In this document: piece by piece, positions 13,866 through 26,790 of the stretch
Position numbering within the stretch: position 1 is the first letter of the stretch
Layout of the letters: every line of letters starts with the position of its first letter
Assembly (NCBI RefSeq): GCF_009914755.1
Contig: NC_060934.1
Strand: one strand, 5' to 3'
Length of the DNA stretch: 64,000 nucleotides
From: the human T2T-CHM13v2.0 reference genome, Homo sapiens
The notes under the pieces: generated by a model
Seen by the model: only the letters and a program-made list of their open reading frames with translations
Database searches by the model: none
Told to the model about the DNA's origin: nothing
Translations under genes and position numbers: made by a program

Positions 13866-14072
13866 TAGTTGTCTTTAAACTTGAATGTACATCAGTAAAA
13901 TCTGGAGGGCTTGTTAAATCTGGAGGGCTTGTTAAATCTGGAGGGCTGGTTACTGGGCCCTACCTTCAGAGCTGCTGATTCAATAGGTCTGGAGTAAGGT
14001 TGGGAAATTTGCAGTTCCCAGTTGAAGCTGATGCTGCTGGTCTAGGGAATCACACTTTTAGAAGAACCACTG
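13866..14072. mobile_element. MER5A containing an 18-bp triplication
   Basis: MER5A motifs ('gctgctgattcaataggtctgg','gatgctgctggtctagggaatcacacttt...gaaccactg'); AAATCTGGAGGGCTTGTT x3 at 13898-13951. Confidence 0.8.
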
Positions 14073-14720
14073 TGATTTGCCTAGACTGTCTTTGTTAATT
14101 CTCAGAGGATCCCTGTGAAATAGGAATAATTATCTCCCCATTTCACAGAAGAGAAAATAGATGTTAAAGAAAATTTATTCCAAAATACATAGGTTAGATG
14201 GGGTAGAACAGAAGGTAATCAGACTCCAGAACCACAGGTAATCAGACTCCAGAGCCAATGGTCCTAACAGAGCATCCAGCTTACCTGGTAGCTTTGCTTG
14301 TGTTCTAGCTACTCCTCTAGAACGAGGCGGTGTCTGGAAACAACTGGCAGCCAACACCCTTGGATCTTGCTTTGCTCTTGTTAACCTGTCTTTTCAACTT
14401 GTATCATAAATCCTCATTTTAAAATGCCGGTACCTGAGCCATAGTTGATTCTGCTGTCATGTTGGAACTCTTGCTTAGGACTTCTTTGCTGCTGTCACCA
14501 AAGCTGCTAAGTAGCCTGGTTACTTTCCTTTGTCACCCATGGTTTTGTTGTTGTTGTTGTTGTTTTCTGGCCCTATAATTTTTCCTATTGGCTGGTTATT
14601 TGTTGAGACCTCAAGCTATCCTGAGTCAAAGTCACGCATGGCATAATGATCTGTGTCACCTTCTGTGTTTTTTCTTTGAAAAATGACATAAACTCCTTTA
14701 TACCCTTTAACCCATCACAG

Positions 14721-14930
14721 GTGCATTTGATGCTCAGGAAGCAGGGAAAAAGAAAGAGTGAGTTTTAAAAATATGAGTGTTTCTTTAGCTTTACCCAGAG
14801 GGGAGGGTGCTTGGCTGACTGATGGCACTATCTCTGTCTATAAAATCTTACTACCACAGAATAACCCAACATATTATCATGCCTAGGTTGATACCACTGT
14901 CACTGAAGATTATTTACTAACCACTGTTAG
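14721..14930 (+). pseudogene. Two candidate pseudo-exons (14721-14757 and 14799-14930)
   Basis: Splice signals cccatcacag|...AGA/GTGAGT and ttacccag|...TAG/GTTTGT. In-phase join AFDAQEAGKKKE-GEGAWLTDGTISVYKILLPQNNPTYYHA*VDTTVTEDYLLTTV, but the intervening intron is only 41 nt. Confidence 0.4.
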
Positions 14931-15281
14931 GTTTGTAGATACATCAAATGATCTGAATTTAGATCTTAAATTCTTTTGCCCAGCTTCCAGCATATTTGTT
15001 ACTCCTAAATTGTGAATAAATGAATGACTGTCTACTTTGGGGAAAATTTAATTCCCCAACATAATTAATGTGGCATAGTTAGTCATTTCTTCAGAGTAAA
15101 TTAATACATTGACACCCTAATTTATAAATTATAATTTTATGATTTTGTTGGCATAAATCGGTTTCCTGGAGCCTGATTTAAGTTATTATAAATCTGCTGT
15201 GTCGAGATTCAGACTCTGCTGCTGGTAATAACCCCTTTCAACAATCTACAGCTCCATTAGAAAAACATCTAACTCTGTAGA

Positions 15282-15450
15282 GTAGTGAGCCTCAACTCTG
15301 GTTATACATGAGAATTTCATGAGAAGTTTTTTAAAAATATGGATGCCTGGGCCTCCTTCCAAGAAATTCTCACCCTGTTTGACTGGAATGGGGCCCGGAC
15401 ATTGATAAAGCTCCCCAGGCAATTGTAATGTGCAACTAGGATTGAGATCA
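15282..15450. mobile_element. MER5A1-like hAT relic
   Basis: 'ctcaactctggttatacatgagaat...gatgcctgggcc...aagctccccaggcaattgtaatgtgcaactaggattgaga'. Confidence 0.7.
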
Positions 15451-15687
15451 TTTTTGCTTTGTCTGAAAATGGTAGTTATGCTTAGTGTTGGGGCTGGTCA
15501 AATTTTGAAGAGAGAAGATATAAGCAACTTTATATTTGCTTTTTTCTTTCTAAAACAGATGGCTTGATAAATGCTTATTTTTCATGATAAAGAAACTCAA
15601 TAGTTTTATGAACAATTTTTTTTTTTCTCAGTTTTTAAAATTCTAACCCTAGGGCCCTGAAAAACAGACAAGAAATTGTGACTCTCT

Positions 15688-15707
15688 TTCTCCACCTGGT
15701 GGCAGAT
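15688..15707 (-). promoter_or_regulatory. Candidate CTCF site
   Basis: Minus strand reads CTGCCACCAGGTGGAGA, near the CTCF core CCACCAGGKGGCG; quasi-palindromic CCACCTGGTGG. Confidence 0.45.
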
Positions 15708-15812
15708 AGTGTTATAATCTACAGAAAATAGAATAATAGGGAGAAATTATTGTAAATCTCAAAAACCCAACAAAGTAGCAGTGTTGGTCACAGGACTGAC
15801 TACTGATTTCAG

Positions 15813-16371
<559 letters not shown>

Positions 16372-16839
16372 CTATCCTTTTCAGTTACTAAAAAGAACAA
16401 TAAACATATTATAAAACATGCATTACCTGTGGTTAATTTCAAAATTACCAGTCTCCAATTATCAGTTACCCATTACCAGTAACCAACGTAAACTGTAATG
16501 ATTCCTTTATAGAGTTTATTGCTTAAACTGTAATATGAGAGGGGAGACAATATCAGAAAGGCAGAAATGGCTATCTTTGAATGCTTAAATATTCAATTAA
16601 CCACTGTATGACTTTAATTGAAGAATTTAAACTTTCTGAATCTCAGTTTCCCTGTGTGTAAAGTGGGGAGAATACTCATGTGAATTACATAGGCCAATTC
16701 CTATCCCATGGTAAATAGCCAGTAAATTAATTACTACAAATTCAAGCTATGGCAGTTGCCCATATTTGAAATGTGAGTACAACAAGTAACATAGGCTTCT
16801 AAAATTTTTATATTTTACTTTGATGTATTATATATTGAT

Positions 16840-17080
16840 TACCTAAGAGCATGGGCCCTGAAGGTAAATTTCCATGTGCAAACCTTGGTTATTCTGCTAA
16901 TTAGCCATGCGATCTTGATCATTTAAATTCTTTGTACTTCAATTTTTTTCATCTATAAAATGGAGATACTAATTATGCTTACCTCTTTGTGTAATTACAA
17001 GCATTAAATGTGCTATTATATGTAAAATTGCTTAGAACAGGACCTAACACACAGAACATTTTTAGTAAATGTTAGTTATT
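16840..17080. mobile_element. MIR
   Basis: Core 'ttcaatttttttcatctataaaatggagatactaattatgcttacctc...aattgcttagaacaggacctaacaca'. Confidence 0.75.
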
Positions 17081-17344
17081 ATAATTGCCTTTGTTATTGT
17101 TGTTCTATGCATTGTGTTGTATTCTTTACCAAGTAGTGATAGGTTCCAAGACAGTAACATTGTTTGAAATTGTTACATAGCTTAGTAATGTAGTGAAAAG
17201 GAAACATGCTGAAAATATTGTTATATCTGAGTGTGTAAACAAAAAGAAGCCAAATTTTAAACTGCATTCTAATATAACTTTTATTCTGACAGATAGTTTA
17301 GAACTTTAGATAGTCTTTCAATAGTTTACTGTCCCTGTCTTTAG

Positions 17345-17476
17345 GTACAATACATGGATCTTAAACTAAAATCAGTTTTGGAATCTGTATCTGACACCTT
17401 TTTGTTTTCCCTCTCCTCCTGCTCCCTCCTTGCTTCCAATTACCTGCCGATAAATGGTTTTAAGCATAGTGGCAGG
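17345..17476 (+). pseudogene. Pseudo-exon, fully open (132 nt, phase 0-0)
   Basis: Strong acceptor tttactgtccctgtctttag, donor AGG/GTAAGA. VQYMDLKLKSVLESVSDTFLFSLSSCSLLASNYLPINGFKHSGR, no stop. Confidence 0.65.
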
Positions 17477-17566
17477 GTAAGACTGATAGCATTCTGGATG
17501 AAACAGGGATGTGTAGGCCATGAGAAACCATAACCTTATCTCACTAGTCTCTTTCTCCTTCACAAG

Positions 17567-17817
17567 GTTGACATTTAATCCATACTGGCTAAGAATTGAG
17601 GAAATCACTTTATATTGAATTTCTTATTGGATATCTAAATTTTTATCAAGATCAATGGCAGTAGTTGCAATTTGTTGTTGATATACTCACATTTCTTTGC
17701 CTTATGAGATCTATTTCAAATATATGTCCTTTAAATTTGTATATTTACCTAATTGAAACAAAGCATGCATATAATTATATGTCTACAGATTCCAATTTTA
17801 TAATGTGGACAGAGCGA
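17567..17817 (+). pseudogene. Pseudo-exon with RGS-like motif
   Basis: 90-nt intron; acceptor ctctttctccttcacaag; donor CGA/GTAAGG. ELRKSLYIEFLIGYLNFYQDQWQ*LQFVVDILTFLCLMRSISNICPLNLYIYL...WTER. Confidence 0.55.
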
Positions 17818-18142
17818 GTAAGGGCAGCAATTTTATGTGAAATTGTTTGTACATTTTGTAATAATCTCCGCATGTTCTAAAACACAGAAAAAACATAACC
17901 AAAGAAACAGTAACTGAAGAGGAAATGCATTTGTTTAATGCATTCTATTATCTTTGATTAAAACATTCCTTCCTTATGATGTGGGTAATTAAGTATTTAT
18001 TCAAAAAAATAAAGATAAAACATCACTTCCAGTTTCCAGAATGAGCTCATTTTTTTTTTTTCTAGTGAGATTTTTTATGAATCATCCCAGCAGTTTGCCA
18101 CGTTTAGGAGCTGGAGGATTCACTTGCCATTCCACAGAGTTC

Positions 18143-18450
18143 TTCTTCTTTTTTTTTTTTTTTAGACAAGGTCTTGCCCTGTAGCCCAGGGTAGATTGAA
18201 GAGGGGCGATTTTAGCTCCCTGCAACCTCTGCCTCCTGGGCTCAAGTGATCCTCCCACCTCAGCCTCCCAAGTAGAGTAGCTGAGTAGTTGGGACTACAA
18301 ACACACGCAGCCACACCCAGCTAATTTTTGTATTTTTTGTATGGATGGGATTTCACAATGTTGTGCAGGCTGGTCTCAAACTCCTGGACTCAAGCAATCT
18401 ACTTGCCTCAAAAGTGCTGGGATTACAGGTATGAGTCACTGCGCCTGGCC
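18143..18450 (-). mobile_element. AluJ (Jb-like)
   Basis: J diagnostics 'ctcctgggctcaagtgatcctcccacc' and 'ctcaagcaatc'; TSD ca(c/a)agagttc. Confidence 0.95.
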
Positions 18451-18744
18451 CAAAGAGTTCATTAACGCTTCTTGATCTAAAATAATTACTCCTTTCTTCT
18501 CTTGGACAATTCAAGAAAAAAAGATATATAGCTATTCATGAATGAAAAAAAAAAAGCTTCTCTTATCTTAGGCAGTGAGACATTAAGATTTATAAAACTA
18601 TATACTCCCATCCTGAGCTAAAACCACAAACAGTATTTTGACATAACTGTGCTAGAAGGAAGGAAATTGGGAATTATATTCCAATGGTAATAACTACTAT
18701 TATTCTCAAAGTATGTTCATACCTCTACAATTTTATCTTTACAG

Positions 18745-18835
18745 ACATATGTTAGCAGAGACATATTTGGACCCAACCTATATACTTTTTCTCTATAAAG
18801 CATTCAAAGAACAATGTGACGATTACAGTTGTGTG
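18745..18835 (+). pseudogene. Pseudo-exon, fully open (91 nt)
   Basis: Acceptor aattttatctttacag, donor GTG/GTAAGA. HMLAETYLDPTYILFLYKAFKEQCDDYSCV. Confidence 0.6.
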
Positions 18836-19228
18836 GTAAGAAATATTAATATAAAGAATGTATTAACTGTAAATTGATTGTTAAAGATATTTTACACATT
18901 GTGGTTGTTATGTTGTACAAATGTCAAAAAATAATCTTGGGATAAATTGCTTACTTATAATCACTTGATTAATTGCAATTTTTTTGTGTGTGTCAGATAT
19001 GCTTTTATTTCATCCTGATGACTAGCTATTCAGAGATAAATGTAATGCTTACAGTACCTATATTATCCTAGATTTCTTTCTGGTTTACTTAATAACATTT
19101 TAATTTTTAATATCTATTTTAAAAATTTTACTCTACTTGTATCTTTTAAAAGACTCTAATTCTTCCTGAAAGCAGAAATGTATAGTAAAATAGGAGAAAT
19201 CATTCTTACATGATATGGTTTTACATGA

Positions 19229-19563
<335 letters not shown>

Positions 19564-19677
19564 ACTTCCAATTTTAAAATAGAGAATTCGACTGGCTAGG
19601 CCAATGTCTCTTTGAGTTCTCACACTAAGTTTTTCTTGCTGGGTAGTTGAATTAGAAGAAGTTATCCTAGGAATCTA

Positions 19678-19998
19678 GGCTAGGCATGGTGGCTCACGCC
19701 TGTCATCCCAGCACTTTGAGGGGCCAATGGGGGCAGACTGGTTGAGCCCCAGAGTTCTAGACAAGCCAGCCTGGACAACGGTGAAACCTCATATCTACAA
19801 AAATTACAAAAATTAGCCAGGCATGGTGGCACATGCCTGTAGTCCCAGCTACTCAGGAGGCTGAGGTAGGAGGATAGATTGAGTCCCGAAAGTCAAGGCT
19901 GCAGTGAGCTGTGAAGGTGACACTGCACTCCAGGCTGGGTGACAGAACACTGAGCAAGACCCTGTCTCCATTAAAAAAGAAAAAAAGGAAAAAGAAAA
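19678..19998 (+). mobile_element. AluJ
   Basis: Diverged dimeric Alu, 'gtcaaggctgcagtgagc', TSD ctaggaatctag. Confidence 0.93.
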
Positions 19999-20087
19999 TT
20001 TCTTCTAGGAATCTAGTCTCTAAATACACTTATGGGTATTTTCTCATCTACTCTTTCAAATTCTGATGATTCCTTTTACAACTCAAT

Positions 20088-20250
20088 AGTAGATTAGGAC
20101 AGAGTTTCCAAGTTATTCAACTGAGATAGAATTTGAACATTATTCATGATTTTTGGCTAAGACAGTCTAGGCAGAGAGCAGCTGTGGCAATCAGAATTCT
20201 TAGCAATTGCCTGACTACTACTAGTCTGACAGAGATCTTCCTTTGGCCAA
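20088..20250 (+). pseudogene. Candidate pseudo-exon with RGS helix4-6-like motif
   Basis: Acceptor cttttacaactcaatag. GQSFQVIQLR*NLNIIHDFWLRQSRQRAAVAIRILSNCLTTTSLTEIF; donor not identified. Confidence 0.4.
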
Positions 20251-20475
20251 TGATTTCTCTTTTCTCTCATCTTCATTTTCTTGCCTCTCCTTTGCACTAC
20301 CTCCATCCTGTAACCCTAATCAGATCGTCCACAATTCCAGAGCCCCAGTTCCTTTTATAATATAATTATATATAATTATAATAAAAGTTACTTTTTAAAT
20401 TGAGGGCATACTCTATTAGAGCCACTCTGCTAACCATTTTGCATGCATTACGATGCAGTCTCATGTTTTATGGAT

Positions 20476-20605
20476 TGAGTGACCATGTGTTCTGTTTGTC
20501 AAGAACAATTCTATTTATCTTGATTGTACTGGTATACTTAATCATAGTGCTCCCTTTCATTCTCAGAAGTGACCTGGTTAGGACAATAACCGATATGATC
20601 ATTAC
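20476..20605. mobile_element. MER81-like hAT-Blackjack relic
   Basis: 'gtgaccatgtgttctgtttg...atagtgctccctttcattctcagaagtgacctggttaggacaataa'. Confidence 0.6.
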
Positions 20606-20607
20606 AT

Positions 20608-21065
20608 ATTTTATTAGCTTCCCAGGGCTGTTATAACAAATTACAAAACACTTGGTGGCTTAAAACAATAAAAATTTATTCTTTCACAGTTCTGGAGGCA
20701 ACACATCTGAAATCAAGGTGTCAGCAGGGCTCCCTCCCAAGGCTGTAGGGGAAAGTCCTTCTATCCCTCTTCCAGTTTCTGCTGGTGCCTGACTCTCTTG
20801 ATTTGTGACAGAATAACTCCAGTCTCTGCCTCCATCTTCACATGGCCTTCTCCATGTCTCTGTGTCCTTTTCTCTTCTGTTTCTTATAAGGACACTTTCT
20901 CTTGGATGACAATGACAGATAATCTTTCTAATCCACATAATCTTATCTCAACATCCATCCTCACCTTACCTTAACTTACCTTATCTGTAAAGACCTTCAT
21001 TCTAAATTAGGTCACTTTCTGAGGTTTTAGGTAGACATATCTTTTGGGGGCTATAATTCAACCAA
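20608..21065 (-). mobile_element. MLT1 (B/C-type) MaLR solo LTR
   Basis: 'ggtggcttaaaacaataaaaatttattctttcacagttctggaggc...gaaatcaaggtgtcagcaggg...ttggggg ctataattcaacc'. Confidence 0.9.
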
Positions 21066-21141
21066 TGACCTATAGATACATGTAGTAAGTTTTTAAACTG
21101 GCATATTAAAAATATGCCTTGTTAAAATTGCCTTTGAAAAA

Positions 21142-21430
21142 TATCTCCATATCTGTGAGGGATTGCTTCCAGGACCCTCACTAATAACCAAAGTCTTAGC
21201 ATAATCAAATGCTGTAGCTGGCGCTGCAGAGCCCATGGATACAAAAAGTCATCATTCCTTATACGTGAGTTTCACATCTCGAGAATACTGCACTTCCCAT
21301 CTGCATTTTGTTGCCAATGTGGAACCTGACAATGTGGAGGCCTGACTGCACTTATTGAAAAAAAATCCGCCATAAGCGGGATTTGAACTGCCCATTCAGT
21401 TCAAACCCGTGTTGTGTAAGAGTCAACTGT
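21142..21430. mobile_element. MER2B-like Tigger relic
   Basis: 'gggattgcttccaggaccc' start and 'cagttcaaacccgtgttgtgtaagagtcaactgta' end. Confidence 0.7.
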
Positions 21431-22423
21431 ATAAAATAATTTTTATTCACATTAAAATTTGAAACTGCTTGGTCAAACTGAACAAAACATAGCAAGAAAA
21501 GTCTTTGTTCAATTTAGAAAATTTAAATAATTTATTATGACTTTAAGACAATAAAGGTAAATTTCAAGCCTTGAAGGGGGAAGCTTGGAGAATTAAAAAA
21601 ATATATATATATTCCTCCTTGCCTCTACTGTGTTATAGTAATCTTGTTTAAGCTTAATATAATTAACAAATTCTTGTTCCAAGAATTACATATGATAGAG
21701 AAATCTCTTCTCAGTTGTATCTCATTTGAGCCTCATTTTAATTCATAACTTATCCTCACATTACAGATAAGGAATTCATAGCTTAGAGATAAGTTTCCAG
21801 CAACAGTTCACATTTAGAAAGCTGTAGAACTAAGATTCTAGTTCTGATGGCAAAACAGATTCTCTGAAATACTATGTCACTGATAGCAGTTAATAATTAG
21901 ATTAGATATCATAATTACAGATACTATAGCTTTAGTATAATAGATAATATAGATATAATTGCATGTAATTATTAGATAATTAGAAAATCCTTCTAATAAC
22001 AAATGCAACAACTTTTAAATTAGTTTATAGATTAAAAAGGCTATAATTCATGTTTAAAAACAGAATAATACCAATACAAAGATAAAGTAATTCCTCTAGA
22101 TTCCTCAGTTCATGTGGAAAAATCACTACGGGGAATTTTTATGCAGATAATTTTTCTACGCATTTACAGGTACATACGTACATATGTACATACACATGTG
22201 TGTATTATACATATAATACACACATATATCTTTTATATGTATATTATATATAATACACACATATATCTTTTACATCTTATACAAATGAGATTCAACTTGA
22301 CATAATGTTCTGCAACCTTTTCCACTTGATGAATAGCTTGTCATGTAGATCTTCCTTATTCTTTGTAGCTGCTACTTACCATAACTTTTTGGGGATGTTT
22401 TCTATAATTTAGTTAGATGGCTC

Positions 22424-22773
22424 TTTTTTTCCATAAGTTATTGAGGTACCGGTGTATTTGGTTACATTAGTAAGTTCTTTAGTGGTGATTTGTGAGATTT
22501 TGGTGCACCCATCACCCGAGCGGTATACACTGCACCATATTTGCAGTCTTTTATCCCTTGTCCCACTCCCACTCTTCTCCCCAAGTCCCCAAAGTCCATT
22601 GTATCATTCTTATGCCTTTGTGTCCTCATAGCTTAGCTCTCACACATCAGTAAGAATATATGACCTTTGCTTTTCCATTCCTGAGTTACTTCACTTAGAA
22701 TAATAGTCTCCAACTCAACCAGGTCACTGCAAATGCTATTAATTCATTCCTTTTTGTGGCTGCATAGTATTCC

Positions 22774-22823
<50 letters not shown>

Positions 22824-25800
22824 CACGCCACTGTTTCTTTATCCACTCATTGATTGACCAGCATTTGGGTTGGTTCCATGATTTTGCAATTGTGAATTGT
22901 GCTGTTATATACATGCATGTGCAAGTATCTTTTTCAAATAATGACTTCTTTTCCTCTGAGTAGGTACTCAGTAGTGGGGTTCCTGGATCAAATGGTAGTT
23001 CTACTTTTAGTTCTTTAAGGAATCGCCACACTATTTTCCTCAGTGGCTGTACTAGTTTACATTCCCACCAGCAGAGTAGAAGTGTTCCCTGTTCACCACA
23101 TCCATTCCAAAATCTACTATTTTTTGATTTTTTGACTATGGCCATTCTTGCAGGTGGTGTCGCATTGTGGTTTTGATTTACATTTCCCTGATCATTAGTG
23201 ATGCTGAGCATTATTTCAAATGTTTGTTGGTCATTTGTATATCTTCTTTCTGAGAATTGTCTATTCATGTCCTTAGCCCAATTTTTGATGAGATTATTTG
23301 TTTTTTTCTCGTTAATTTGTTTGAGTTCATTGTAGATTCTGGATATTAGTCTTTTGTCAGATGTATAGATTGTGAAGATTTTCTCCCACTCTGTGGATTG
23401 TCTATATACTCTGCTGACTGTTCCTTTTGCCATGCAAAAGCTCTTTAGTTTAGTCAGGTCCCAGATATTTATCTTTGTTTTTACTACATTTGCTTTTGCA
23501 AGTGTTCTTGGTCATGAAATCCTTGCCTAAGCCAATGTCTAGAAGGGTTTTTTCAATGTTATCTTCTAGAATTTTTATAGTTTCAGGTATTAGGTTTAAG
23601 TCCTTAATCCACCTTGAGTTCATTTTTGTATAAGGTGAGAAATGAGGATTCAGTTTCATTCTCCTACATGTGGCTAGCCAATTATCCCATCACCATTTGT
23701 TGAAAAGAGTGTCCTTTTCCCACTTTGTTTTTGTTTGCCTTGTCAAAGATCAGGTGGCTGTAAGTACTTGGGTGTATTTCTGGGTTTTCTATTCTGTTCC
23801 ATTGGTCTATGTGCCTATTTTTATACCAATACCATGCTGTTTTGGTGACTATGGCCTTATAGCATAGTTTGAAATCAGGTAGTGTGATGCCTCCAGATTT
23901 TCTCTTTTTGCTTAGTCTTGCTTTGGCTATGCAGGCTTTTTATTGGTTCTATATGAATTTTAGAATTTTTTTTTATAATTCTGTGAAGAATGATGGTGGT
24001 ATTTTGATGGGGATTGCATGGAATTTGTACATTTCTTTTGGCAGTATGTTCATTTTCACAATATTAATTCTAACCATTCATGAGCATGGGATGTGTTTCC
24101 ATTAGTTTACGTTGTCTATTATTTCTTTTAGCAGTGTTTCATAGTTTTTCTTGTAGAGGTCTTTGGACTGCATCCAAAGGTATATTTCTAAGTATTTTAT
24201 TTTATTTTATTTTATTTTATTTTATTTTATTTTATTTTACTTTTTGCAGCTATTGTAAAAGGGGTTGAGTTCTTGATTTGATTCTCTGCTTGGTCACTGT
24301 TGGTGTATAGAAGAGCTACAGATTCGTGTACATTAATTTTGTACCTCAAAACTTTGCTGAATTCTTCTATCAGCTCTAGGAGCTTCCTGGAAGAGTCCTT
24401 AGGGTTTTCAAGGAAAACGGTTATATCATCAGCAAACAGTGACAGTTTGACTTCCTCTTTACTGATTTGGATGTCCTTTATTTCTTTCCCTTGTCTGATT
24501 GCTCTGGCTAGGACTTCCAGTACTGCATTGAAGAGGAGTGGTGAGAGTGGGCATCCTTACCTTGTTCCAGTTCTTAGAGGGAATGCTTTCAACCCTTCCC
24601 CATTCAGCATTATGTTGGATGTTGGTTTGCCATAGATGGATTTTATTACATTAAGATATGTCCCTTGTATGCCGATTTTGTTGAGAGTTTTAATCATAAA
24701 GGATGCTGGATTTTGTTGAATACATTTTTGAATCTATTGAGATGATCATGTGATCTTTGTTTTTAATTCTCTTTCTGTGGTGTATCACATTTATTGACTT
24801 ATTATCATGCTTCTTGGTGTGGATCTTTTGCTAGTGAGTTCTTATCCATTCTGAGGTTCTGTATCTCTTAAGCAGAGCATTTAGGCCATTTGCATTCAAT
24901 GTTAGTATTGAAATGTGAGGTACCGTTGCATTCATCGTGCTCTTTGTTGCCCGTGTACTTTGGGTTTTTGTTTTTTGTTTTTGCTTTTTAACTTGTATTT
25001 TTGTTTAATAGGTCCTGTGTGATTTATGCTTTAAAGAGGTTCTGTTTTGATGTGTTTCCAGGACTTGTTTCAAGATTTAGAGCTCCTTTTAGCAGTACTT
25101 ACAGTGGTGGCTTGGTAAGGGCAAATTCTCTCAGCATTTGTTTGTCTGAAAACAGTTGTATCTTTCCTTGATATATGATGCTTAGTTTTGCTGCATACAA
25201 AATTCTTGGCTGATAATTGTTTTGTTTGAGGAGGCTGAAAATAGGGCCCCAATCCCTTCTAGATCGTAGGGTTTCTGCTGAGCAATCTGCCGTTAATCTG
25301 ATAGGTGTTCCTTTACAGGTTACTTGGTGCTTCTGCCTCACAGCCCTTAAGATTCTGTCCTTCGTCTTATCTTTGGATAAATCAGGGATATCCTCTTAGT
25401 GTGGATTCTTTGCTGGTGAACTAGTATGATTTTGCGGGGGCGTGTTGAAGAGCTTTGTTTTGTTATATTACCAGGGTTGGTTTCTGGTTCCTTCTCATTT
25501 GGGTAGGCTCTGTCAGAGGGAAGGTCTAGGGTTGAAGGCTGTTGTTTGGAATCTTTTGTCCCTCAGAGTGTTCCCTTGATGTAATACTTTCCCTCTTTTC
25601 CTGTGGATGTGGCTTCCTGTGAGCCGAACTGCAGTGATTGTTGTCTCTCTTCTGGGTCTAGCTACCCAGCGAGTCTACCCAGCTCTGGGGTGATATTGGG
25701 GTTGTCTGCACAGAGTCCTGGGATGTTAACCTCTATGGGTCTCTCAGCCATGGATACCGGTGCCCATTCTGGTGTAGATGGTGGGGGGTGTGCAATGGAC

Positions 25801-26790
25801 TCCATGAGGGTTCTTAGCTTTGGTGGTTTAATATTCTATTTTTGTGTTGGTTGGCCTCCTGCCAGAAGGTGGCACTTTCCAGAGAGTATCAGCTGTGATA
25901 TTATGGGGAGGAACTGGCAGTGGCCAGGGCCCTAGAACTCCCAGATTATATGCCCTTTGTCTTCCACTACCAGGGTGGGTAGGGAAGGACTATCAGGTGA
26001 GGGCGGGGCTAGGTGTGTCTGAGTTCAGACTCTCCTTGGGCAGGTCTTGCCGCGGCTGCTGGGAGGGATGGGGGTGAGATTCCCAGGTCATTGGAGTTGT
26101 GTATCTAGGAGGATGATTGCTGCCTCTGCTGAGTCATGCAGGTTGTCAGGAAAGTTGAGGAAAGTCGGCAGTCACAGGCCTCACCCAGTTCCCACGCAAT
26201 CTGAAGGGCCGGTCTCACTCCCATTGTGCCCCATCAATAGCCCCCAGACCATTTCCAGCTGGAGAGCGATACAGGCTTGAAAACATACCCCAGGCTATCT
26301 GCCTCCCAGCTGTGAAAGAAAAGGGCTTGGTTCTTTCCCTGCCTAAGGAGTCTGCACACCGGATTTACATCCTCCCCCGAGTGCTGGCCAGAAGGCTTCT
26401 CACCTGTTCAAATTGTTACGAAGTTCAGTTAGAGATTTGCTTCTCCCTGTGTAGTTTTACCCCCTGCTCCTCTCCCGTTGGATCCCTGTATTGCCAGGCA
26501 GGAATGGCCTGCTACAGGACCCCGCGAGCCCCCAGGGCCTTTCTGCTGCTTTCTGTACCCCTGTATTTCACTCGGCTCTCCAAATGGACTCAGCTCCAGG
26601 TAAGGTCATAAACTTCTCCTGCAAACAGACCTTCAGCGTCTCCAGTGGGGGTGTGTGTTTGGGAGAGGAGGGTCTCCCTTTCCCACTTCTGCAGTTGGGG
26701 CACTTAGAGTTTTGGGGGGTCTCCTGGGTCCTTCAGGAGTAGTCCACTTCCTTCAGAGGGTCTGTAGGTCTTCTCTGGATTGCTGATTTC
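22424..26790 (-). mobile_element. L1PB-type LINE retaining most of the 5'UTR, with two large internal deletions
   Basis: 3'UTR/ORF2 22424-24800, ORF1 C-terminal half and ORF2 start 24840-25378, ORF1 N-terminus and 5'UTR 25380-26790; TSD tagatggct(c)ttt at 22414 and 26791. Confidence 0.93.

Noticed and set aside
17372-17608. Minus-strand ORF ISSILSQYGLNVNLVKEKETSEIRLWFLMAY... with a CAG/GTAATT donor, plus a WWE-like KFKGHIFEIDLIRQRN just upstream
   Set aside because: In-frame stops at the putative acceptors and a ~55-nt intron; plus-strand exons with much stronger splice sites overlap it, so it is best read as an antisense shadow.
22744-23433. 229-aa ORF, longest in the track
   Set aside because: L1 ORF2 C-terminal remnant running into a microsatellite; not a host gene.
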